DNA from: the human T2T-CHM13v2.0 reference genome, Homo sapiens
Length of the DNA: 64,000 nt
NCBI RefSeq assembly: GCF_009914755.1
Contig: NC_060930.1
Reading direction: 5' to 3' (one strand)
Each line of letters opens with the position of its first letter. The first letter of the stretch is position 1. Positions 51,295-61,383 of the stretch are shown here, one piece after another. A program made the position numbers and the translations under genes. Under the pieces are notes generated by a model. That model was given only the letters and a program-made list of their open reading frames with translations. It did not search any database and was not told where the DNA came from.

Positions 51295-54200
51295 TTTCTT
51301 CATATAAAACTTGACAGAAGAATTCTGAGAAAGTTCTTTGTCATGTGTGCTTTCAACTCACGGATTTGAACCTTCCTTTCCACAGATCAGTTTTTTAATA
51401 CTCTTTTTGTATAATTTCCAAGTGGATATTAAGAGCAGTACGAGGGTTATGGTAGAAAAGGAACTATTTTCATAGAAAAACTAGGCAGAATCATTCTCAG
51501 AAACTATTATGTGATGTGTGCATTCAGCTTACAAATTTTAACCTTTCTTTTGATAGAGTAGTTTTGAAACACTCTTTTTGTGGAATTTGCAAGTGTATGT
51601 TTAGAGTGTTTTGAGGCCTGCAGTAGAAAAGGAAATATCTTCACATAAAAAATAGACAGAAGCATTGTCAGAAACTGCTTTGTCATATTTGTGCTCAGCT
51701 CACAGAGTGGAGCATTCCTCTTGATAGAGTAGTTTGAAACACTCTTTTTGTGGAATCTGCAAGTGGGTAATTTGACCTCTCTGTTTCCTTCGTTTGAAAC
51801 GTGATTTCTTCATATAAAACTAGACAGAAGAATTCTCAGAAACTTCTTTTTGATGTGTTCTTTCAACTTACAGGGTTGATGCCTCCTTTCGATAGAGCAG
51901 CTTTGAGACTCTCTTTTTGTAGAATTCCCAAGTGGTATTTAGGGCCATTTGAGGCCTTTGATAGAAAAGGCAATATCTTCATAGAAATTCTAGACCGAAT
52001 GATTCTCAGAAAGTACTTTGTGATGTGCACGTTCAACTCACAGAGTTTAACCTTTCTTTTGATAGAGCAGTTTTGAAACACTCTTTTTGTAGAATCTGCA
52101 AGTTAATATTTGGACTTTTTTGAGGCCTTCTTGGAAACGGGATTTCTTCATATAAAACTTGACAGAAGAATTCTCAGAAACTACTTTGTGATGTGTACGT
52201 TCAACTCACAGAGTTTAACCTTTCTTTTCATAGACCAGCTTTGAAACTCTTTTTGTAGAATATGCAAGTGAATATTTGGACTTTTTTGAGGCCTTCTTGG
52301 AAACGGGATTTCTTCATATAAAACTTGACAGAAGAATTCTCAAGAAATCCTTTGTGATGTGTGCATTCAACTCACAAAGTTGAACCTTCCTTTCGATAGA
52401 GCAGTTTTGAAATACTCTTTTTGTAGAATTTACAAGTGGATATTTAATGTGTTTCAGGGCCCACTGTAGAAAAGGATATATCTTCATAGAAAAACTAGAC
52501 AGAATCATTCTCAGAAACTAATTTATGATGTGTGCATTCAGCTAACAGAGTTTAACCTTTCTTTTGAGAGAGCAGTTTTGAAACAATCTTTTTTTGGAAT
52601 TTGCAAGTGTATATTTAGAGCGCTTTGAGGCCTTCGTAGAAAAGGAAATATCTTCACATAAAAGCTAGAAAGAAGCATTGTCAGAAACTACTTTGTGATA
52701 TTTGCCTTCAACTCACAGAATTGAATATTCCTCTCGATAGGGCAGTTTTGCAACACTTTTTGTAGAATCTGCAAGTTGATATTTGGACCTCTTTGTGGCC
52801 TTCATTTGAAACATGATTTCTTCATATAAAACTAGAGAGAAGAATTCTCAGAACCTTCTTTGTGATGGGTGCTTTCAACTGACAGAGTTGAATATTCCTT
52901 TCCATAGAGGAGTTTTGAAACCCTTTTTTGTAGTATTTCCTAGTGGATATTTTGCACCTTTTGTGGCCTGTGGTAGAAAAGGCAATAACTTCATAGAAAA
53001 ACTAGACAGCATGATTCTTAGAAACTACTTTGTGCTGTGTGCGTTCAACTCACAGAGTTTAAACTTTCTTTTGATAGAGCAGTTTTGAAACACACTTTTT
53101 GTAGAATTTCCAAGTGGATATTTGCAATTTTTTGAGGCCTTCTTTGGAAACGGGATTTTTTCATATGAAACTTGACAGAAGAATTCTCAGAAACTTCTTT
53201 GTGATGTGTGCATTCAACTCACAGATTTGAACCTACTTTCGATACAGCAGTTTTGAAATACTCTTTCTGTAGAATTTCCAACTGGATATTTAGAGCGATT
53301 CCAGGCCTATGGTAGATAAGGAAATATCTTCATAGAAAAACTAGACAGAATCACTCTCAGAAACTACTTTGTGATGCGTATTCAGCTTACGGAGTTTAAC
53401 CTTTCTTTTGATAGAGCAGTTTTGAAACTGTTTTAGTGGAATTTGCAAGTGTACATTTAGAGCGCTTTGAGATCTATGGTAGAAAACGAAATATCTTCAC
53501 GTAAAAATTAGACAGAAGCATGGTCAGAAACTACTTTTTGATATTTGCATTCAACTCAAGGAGTTGAAAAATCCTCTTGATAGAGCAGTTTTGTAACAAT
53601 CTTTTTGCAGAATCTGCATGTGGCTATTTGGACCTCTTTGTGGCCTTCGGTTGAATAATGTTTTCTTCATATAAAGCCAGACCGAAGAATTCTCAGAAAC
53701 TTCTTTGTGATGTGTGCCTTCAACTCACAGAGTTGAACCTTACTTTCGACAGAGCAGTTTTGAAACTCCCTTTTTGTAGAATTTCCAAGAGGATATTTAG
53801 CGCCGTTTGATGCCTACAGTAGAAAATGCAATATCTTCATAGAAATCTAGACAGAATGATTCTCAGAAACTACTTTGTGATGTGTGCATTCAACTCACAG
53901 AGTTTAACCTTTCTTTTGATAGAGCAGTTTTGAAACACTCTTTTTGTAGAATCTCTAGCGAATATTAGGACTTTTTTGAGGCCTTCGTTGGAAATGGGAT
54001 TTCTTCATGTGAAACGTGACAGAAGAATTCTCAGAAACTTCTTTGTGATGTGCGCATTCAACTCACAGGTTTGAACCTTCTTTTCGATAGAGCAGTTTTG
54101 AAATACTGTTTTTGTAGAATTTCCAAGTAGATATTTAGAGCGATTCGAGGCCTATGGTAGAAAAGGAAATATCTTCATTGAAAAACTAAACAGAATCATT

Positions 54201-57200
54201 CTCAGAAACCAATTTGTGATGTGTGCATTCCACTTACAGACTTTAACTTTTCTTTTGATAGAGCAGTTTTGAAAAACTCTTTTTGTGGAATTTGGAAGTG
54301 TATGTTTAGAGTGCTTTGAGGCCTACAGTATAAAAGGAAATGTCTTCACATAAAAATTAGACAGAAGCATTGTCAGAAACTACTTTGTGATACTGACATT
54401 CAACTCACAAAATTGAATGTTCCTCATTATTGAGGAGATTTGAAACACTGTTTTTGTACAATGTGCAAGTGGATGTTTGGACCTCTTTGTGGCATTCGTT
54501 GGAAAAGTGATTTCTTCATATAAAACTAGACAGAAGAATTCTCAGAAACTTCTCTGTGATGTGTGCTTTCAACTCACAGAGTTGAAAATTCCTTTCGATG
54601 GAGAACTTTTGAAACTCTCTTTCTGTAGAATTTCCAAGAGGATATTTAGTGCCGTTTGAGGCCTCTGGTAGAAAAGGTAATATCTTCATAGGAAAACTAG
54701 ATAGAATGATTCTAAGAAAGTACTTTGTGATGTGTGTGTTCAACTCACAGTGTTTAAACCTTCTTTTGATAGAGCAGTTTTGAAACACTCTTTTTGTAAA
54801 ATCTGCAAGTGAATATTTGGACTTTTTTGAGGCCTTCTTTGGGAACGGGAATTCTTCACATGAAACTTGACAGAAGAATTCTAAGAAACGTTTTGTGATA
54901 TGTGTATTCAACTGACAGAGTTGAACATTCCTTTTGGTAGAGCAGTTTTAACATACTCTTTTTGTAGAATTTCCAAGTGGATATTTAAAGCAGTTCGAGG
55001 CCTCTGATAGAAAAGGAAATATCTTCATAAGAAAACTAGATAGAATAATTCTTAGAAACTGCTTTGTGATGTGTGCATTCAGCTTACGGAGTTTAACCCT
55101 CCTTTGGTAAAGCAGGTTTCAAACACTCTTTTTGTGGAATTTGCAAGCGTATATTTAGAGCGTTTTGAAGCCTACGGTAGAAAAGGAAATATCTTCACAT
55201 AACAAATAGACAGAAGCATTAGTCAGAAACTACTTGTTGATATTTGCATTCAACTCATAGAGTTGAACATTCCTCTAGATAGAGCAGTTTTGAAACACTC
55301 TTTTTGTAGAATCTGCAGGTCGAGATTTGGACCTCTCCATGGCCTTCTTTTGAAACGTGGTTTCTTCATATAAAACTAGACAGAAGAATTTTCAGAAACT
55401 TGCTTGTGAAGTGTGCTTTCAACTCACAGTGTTGAGCCTTCCTTTCGATAGAGTAGTGTAGAAACTCTCTTTTTGTAGAATTTCCAAGTGGATATTTAGC
55501 ACCGTTTGAGGCTGTTGGCAGGAAAGGCAATATCTTCATATAAAAAGTAGACAATGATTCTCAGAAACTACTTTGTGATGTGTGCTTTCAACTCACAGAG
55601 TTTAACCTTTCTTTTGATAGAGCAGTTTTGAAACACTCTTTCTTGTGGTATTAGCAAGTGTATATTTAAAGCCCTTTAAGGCCTACGGAAGAAAAGGAAA
55701 TAACTTCACATTAAAACTAGAAAGAAGCAGTGTCAGAAACTACTTTTTGATATAAGCATTCAACTCACAGAGTTAAACATTCATCTTGATAGAGCAGTTT
55801 GGAAACACTCTTTTTCTAGGATCTGCTAGAGGATATTTGGACCTGTCTGTGGCCTTCGTTTAAAGCACGGTTTCTTCATATAAAAGTTTACAGAAGAATT
55901 CTCAGAAAATTCTTTGTGATGTGTGTTTCCAACCCACAGTGTTGAACATTCTTTTCGATATAGCAGTTTTGAGACTCTCTTTTGTAGAATATCCAGGTGG
56001 ATATTAAGCGTAGTTTGAGGCCAATGGTTGAAAAGGTATTATCTTCATAGGAAAACTAGGCAGAATGATTCTCAGTAACTACTTTGTGATGTGTGCGTTC
56101 AACTCACAGAGTTTAAGCTTTCTTATGATAGAGCAGTTTTGAAACACACTTTTTGTAGGATCTGCCAGTGAATATTTGAACTTTTTTGAGGCCTTCTTTG
56201 AAAAGAGGATTTCTTGATATGAAACTTGACAGAAGAATTCTCAGAAAGTTCTTTGTGATGTGTTCATTTAACACACGGGGTTGAACCTTACTTTCGATAG
56301 AGCAGCTTTGTAATACTCTTTTTGTGGTATTTCCAAGTGGATATTTATAGCGGTTCGAGGCCAATGGTAGAAAAGGAAATATCAACATAGAAAAACTAGA
56401 CAGAATGATTCTCAGAAACTGCTTTGTGATATGTGCATTCAGCTTACAGTATTTAACATTTCTTTTTATACAGCTGTTTTGAAACACTCTTCTTGGTGAA
56501 TTTACTACTGTATATTTAGCGTGCTTTGAGGCCTACAGTAAAAAAGGAAATATCTTCACATAAAAACTAGGCAGAAGCATTGTCAGAAACTACTATGTGA
56601 TATTTGCATTCAACTCACAGAGTTGAACATTCTTCTTGATAGTGCAGTTTTGAAAAACTATTTTTGTAGAATGTGCAAGCGGATATTTCGACCTCTTTGT
56701 GGCCTTCGTTTGAAACGTGATTTCTTCATATAAAACAATACAGAAGAATTCTCAGAAACTTCTTTGTGATGTGTGCTTTCAATTCACAGATTTGAAACTT
56801 CCTTTTGATAGAGCAGTTCTGAGACTCTCTTTTTGTAGTATTTCCAAGAGAATATTTAGCACCGTTTGAGGCCCATGGTAGAAAATGAATATCTCCATGG
56901 AAAAACTAGACAGAATCATTCTCAGAAACTTCTTTGTGATGTGTGCAGTCAACTCACAGAATTTAACCTCTCTTTTGATAGAGCAGTTTTGAAACAGTCT
57001 TTTTGTATTATCTACAACTGAATATTTGGACTTTTTTGAGGTCTTCTTTGGAAACGGGAATTCTTCATATAAAACTTGACAGAAGAATTCTCAGAAACTA
57101 CTTTGTGATGTGTGCATTCAACTCTTAGAGTTGAATCTTCCTTTCAATAGAACAGTTTTGAAATACTCTTTTTGTAGGATTTCCAAGTGGATATTTAGAG

Positions 57201-57894
57201 CGGTTGGAGGCCTATGGTAGAAAAGGAAATATCTTCATAGAAAAACAAGACAGACAGAAACATTCTCAGAAACTACTTTGTGATGTGTGCATTCAGCTTA
57301 GAGTGTTTCAGCTTTCCTTTGGTAGAGCAGTTTTGAAACACTCTTTTTGTGGAATTTGCAAGTCTATATTTACAGCGCTTTGAGGACTATGGTAGAAAAG
57401 GAAATATCTTCACATAAAAACTAGACAGAAGCATTGTCAGAAACTACTTTATGATATTTGCATTCAACTCAAAATGTTGAACATTCCTCTTGAAAAAGCT
57501 GTTTTGAAACACTCTTTTTGTAGTATCTGCAAGTGGATATTTTGACCTCTTTGTGGCCTTCGTTTGAAACGTGATTTCTTCATAGAAAACTAGGCAGAAG
57601 AATTCTCAGAAACTTCTTTGTGATGTGTGCTTTCAACTGATAGTGGTGTACCTTCCTTTCATTAGAGCAGTTTTCAAACTCTCTTTTTGTAGAATTTCCA
57701 AGAGGATATTTAGCGCCGTTTGATTCCTATGGTACAAAAGGCAATATCTTCAAAGAAAAACTAGACCGAATGGTTCTCAGAAACTACTTTGTGATGTGTG
57801 CGTTCAACTCACAGAGTTTAACCTTTCTTTTGATAGAGCAATTTTGAAACACTTTTTTAGAATCTGCAAGTGAATATTTGGACTTTTTTGAGGA

Positions 57895-57911
57895 CTTCGT
57901 TGGAAACGGGA
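57895..57911 (+). promoter_or_regulatory. Residual intact CENP-B box in diverged satellite
   Basis: CTTCGTTGGAAACGGGA. Confidence 0.85.
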
Positions 57912-59252
57912 TTTCTTCATGCAAAACTTGACAGAAAAATTCTCAGAAACTTCTTTGTGATGTGCGCATTCAACTCACAGAGTTGGACCTTCCTTTCGAT
58001 AGAGCAGTTCTGAAATACTCCTTTTGTAGAATTTCCAAGTGGATATTTAGAGCGCTATGAGGCCTATGGTAGAAAAGGGAATATCTTCATAGAAAATCTA
58101 GACAGAATCATTCTCTGAAACTAACTTGTGAAGTGCGCATTCAGCTTCCAGAGTTTAACATTTCTTTGATCGATCAATTTTGAAACTCCCTTTTTGTGGA
58201 ATTTGCAAGTGTATATTTAGAGCACTTTGATACCTACGGTAGAAAAGGAAATATCTTCTGAAAAAAGTAGACAGAAGCATTGACTGAAACTACTTTGTGA
58301 TATTTGCATACAACTCATAGATTTGAACATTCCTTTTGATGGAGCAGTTTTTAAACACTTCTTTTGTAGAGTGTTTATGTGGATATATGGACCTCTTTGT
58401 GTTCTTCGTTTGAAACATGATTTCTTCCTATAAAACTAGACAGAAGAATTCTCAGAAACTGCTTTGTGATGTGTGCATTCAACTCACAGTGTTGAACCTT
58501 CCTTTTGATACAGCAATTATGACATATTCTTTTTGTAGTATTTCCGAGTGGATATTTAGAGCGGTTCAAGGCCAATTTTATAAAGGTCTATATCTTCATA
58601 GGAAAACTAGACAGAATCATTCTCAGAAACTACTTTGTGATGTGTGCATTCAGCTTACAGAGTTTAACCTTTCTTTTGATAGAGCAGTTTTGAAACACTC
58701 TTTTTGTGCAATTCGCAAGTGTATATTTAGAGCACTTGGAAGCCTGCAGTTGAAAAGGAAATATCTTCACATACAAACTAGACAGAAGCATTGTCAGAAA
58801 CTACTTTGAGATATTTGTATTCAACTCACAGAGTTGAACATTCCCCGTGATATAGCAGTTTTGAAACACTCTTTTGTAGAATATGCAAGTGGATATTTGG
58901 ACTTCTTTGTGTCCTACGTTTGAAATGTGATTTCTTCATATAAATTTGACAGAAAATTTCTCAGATACTTCTTTGTGATGTGTGCTTTCAACTCACAGAG
59001 TTTAACCTTCCTTTCGATAGAGAAGTTTTGAGAGTCTCTTTTTGTAGAATTTTCAAGTGGATATTTAGTGCCGTTTTAGGCCCATGGTAGAAAAGGAGAT
59101 ATCTTCATAGAAAAACTAGACAGAATGATTCCCAGAAAGTACTTTGTGATGTGTGCATTCAACTCACAGTTTTTAACCTTTCTTTTGATAGAACAGTTTG
59201 GAAACACTATTTTTGTAGAATCTGCAAGTGAATATATGGACTTTTTTGAAGC

Positions 59253-59269
59253 CTTCGTTGGAAACGGGA
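59253..59269 (+). promoter_or_regulatory. Residual intact CENP-B box in diverged satellite
   Basis: CTTCGTTGGAAACGGGA. Confidence 0.85.
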
Positions 59270-60528
59270 TTTCTTCATAAAACACTAGACAGAAGAATTG
59301 TCAGAAACTTCTTTGTGATGTGTGCATTCAACTCACAGAGTTGAAACTTCCTTTCAATAGAGCAGTTCTGAAATACTCTTTTTGAAGTATTTCCAAGTGG
59401 ATATTTAGAGCGGTTCGAGGCCTGTGGTAGAAAATGATATATCTTCATTGAAAAACTAGACAGAGTCATTCTCAGAAACTACTTTGTGATGTGTGCATTC
59501 AGCGTACAGAGTTGAACCTTTCTTTGATGGAGTAGTTTTGAAACACTCTTTTTGTGGAACCTGCAAGTGTATATTTAGAGTGCTTTGAGGTCTACGGTAG
59601 AAAAGGAAATATCTTCACATGAAACCTAGACAGAAACATTGACAGAAACACTTTTATGATATTTGCATTCAGCTCACAGAGTTGTACTTTCCTCTTGATA
59701 GAGCAGTTTTGGAACACTCTTTTTGTAGAATCTTCAAGTGGATATTTGGACCTCCTTGTGGTCTTCGTTTGAAACGTGGTTTCTTCGTATAAAGCTAGAC
59801 AGAAGAACTCTCATAAACTTCTTTGTGATGTGTGGTTTCAACTCACAGAGTTGAACCTTCCTTTCCATATAGCAGTTTGGAGACTTTCTTTTTGTATAAT
59901 CATCTCCAAGTGGATATTTAGCGCCGTTTGAGGCCTATGGTAGAAAAGGCAATATCTTCATGGAAACACTAAACAGAATGATTCCCAGAAACTACTTTGT
60001 AATGCCCGCGTCCAACTAACAGAATTTAAACTTTCTTTTGATAGAACAGTTTTGAAACACTCTTTTTGTGGAATGTGCAAGTGAATATTTGTACATTTTT
60101 GGGGCCTTCGTTGGGATTTCTTCATATAAAACTTGACAGAAGGATTCTCAGAAACGTCTTTGTGATGTGTGCTTTCAACTCACAGAGTTGAACCTTCCTT
60201 TTGATAGAGCAGTTTTGAGACTCTCTTTTTGTAGAATTTCCAAATGGATCTTTAGCACCTTTTGAGGCCTATGGTAAAAAAGGCAATTTCTTCATAGAAA
60301 AACTAGACAGAATGATTCTCAGAAACTACTTTGTGATGTCTCATTTGAACTAATGGAGTTTAACCTTTCTTTTATAGAGCAGTTTTGAAACACTCTTTTT
60401 GTATAATCTGCCAGTGAATATTTGGACTTTTTTGAGGCCATCGTTGGAAACGGGATTTCTTCATATAAAACTTGACAGAAGAATTCTCAGTAACTTCATT
60501 CCGATGTGCACATTGAACTGACAGAGTT

Positions 60529-60543
60529 GAAAATTCCTTTCGA
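60529..60543 (+). repeat. Left target-site duplication of the LINE-1 insertion
   Basis: GAAAATTCCTTTCGA, identical to 61369-61383. The final GA is also compatible with L1 sequence (microhomology). Confidence 0.93.
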
Positions 60544-61137
60544 CACTTCTCAAAAGAAGACATTTATGCAGCCAAAAAACACATGCAAAAATGCTCATCA
60601 TCACTGGCCATCAGAGAAATGCAAATCAGAACCACTATGAGATATCATCTCACACCAGTTAGAATGGCAATCATTAAAAAGTCAGGAAACAACAGGTGCT
60701 GGAGAGGATGTGGAGAAATAGGAACACTTTTACACTGTTGGTGGGACTGTAAACTAGTTCAACCATTGTGGAAGTCAGTGTGGCGATTCCTCAGGGGTCT
60801 AGAACTAGAAATACCATTTGACCCAGCCATCCCATTTCTGGGTATATACCCAAAGGATTATAAATCATGCTGCTATAAAGACACGTGCACACGTATGTTT
60901 ATTGCAGCATTATTCACAATAGCAAAGACTTGGAACCAACCCAAATGTCCAACAATGATAGACCTGATTAAGAAAATGTGGCACATATACACCATGGAAT
61001 ACTATGCAGCCATAAAAAATGATGAGTTCATGTCCTTTGTAGGGACATGGATGAAATTGGAAATCATCATTCTCAGTAAACTATCTCAAGAACAAAAAAC
61101 CAAACACCGCATATTCTCACTCATAGGTGGGAATTGA
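60544..61137 (+). pseudogene. LINE-1 ORF2p C-terminal fragment (no promoter, no EN or RT domain)
   Basis: In-frame [28 protein letters not shown]..., the cysteine-rich motif [18 protein letters not shown], and the canonical end ...IFSLIGGN*. Confidence 0.95.
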
Positions 61138-61368
61138 ACAATGAGATCACATGGACACAGGAAGGGGAATATCACACTCTGGGGACTGTGGTGGGGTGGG
61201 GGGAGGGGGGAGGGATAGCATTGGGAGATATACCTAATGCTAGATGACGAGTTAGTGGGTGCAGCGCACCAGCATGGCACATGTATACATATGTAACTAA
61301 CCTGCACAATGTACACATGTACCCTAAAACTTAAAGTATAATAAAAAAAATATAATTAAAAAAAAAAA
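60544..61368 (+). mobile_element. 5'-truncated LINE-1 (~825 bp), L1PA2-like
   Basis: ORF2 C-terminus, then the 3'UTR with its G-rich tract, AATAAA at 61340-61345, an A-rich tail and 15-bp TSDs. The 3'UTR has GAG (61249-61251) rather than L1HS ACA/ACG, and CTTAAAGTAT. GAGATCACATG, AATATCACACT, GCTAGATGAC and CACAATGT point to L1PA2 rather than L1PA3 (subfamily diagnostics from memory). Confidence 0.95.
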
Positions 61369-61383
61369 GAAAATTCCTTTCGA
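61369..61383 (+). repeat. Right target-site duplication of the LINE-1 insertion
   Basis: GAAAATTCCTTTCGA directly after the poly(A) tail, followed by resumption of the alphoid monomer (TAGAGCAG). Confidence 0.93.

Larger units (their letters stand above)
50484..60543 (+). repeat. Diverged alpha-satellite with ~850-bp pentameric (A-B-A-A-B) relic HOR structure
   Basis: Monomers are still ~170 bp but heavily substituted, with indels. The GAAGCATTGTC-type marker recurs at ~51148, 51660, 52672, 53516, 54364, 55213, 55725, 56574, 57428, 58274, 58786 and 59632, mostly 844-854 bp apart. Confidence 0.9.

Noticed and set aside
60583-61137. 184-aa ORF as a functional gene
   Set aside because: It is the 3' end of LINE-1 ORF2 in a 5'-truncated copy. 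The Met is internal and there is no promoter, EN or RT domain.
61189-61214. G-rich tract with G-quadruplex potential
   Set aside because: Standard polypurine tract of the L1 3'UTR; not specific to this locus.
61086-61316. 76-aa minus-strand ORF
   Set aside because: Antisense reading of the L1 3'UTR, a common artefact.
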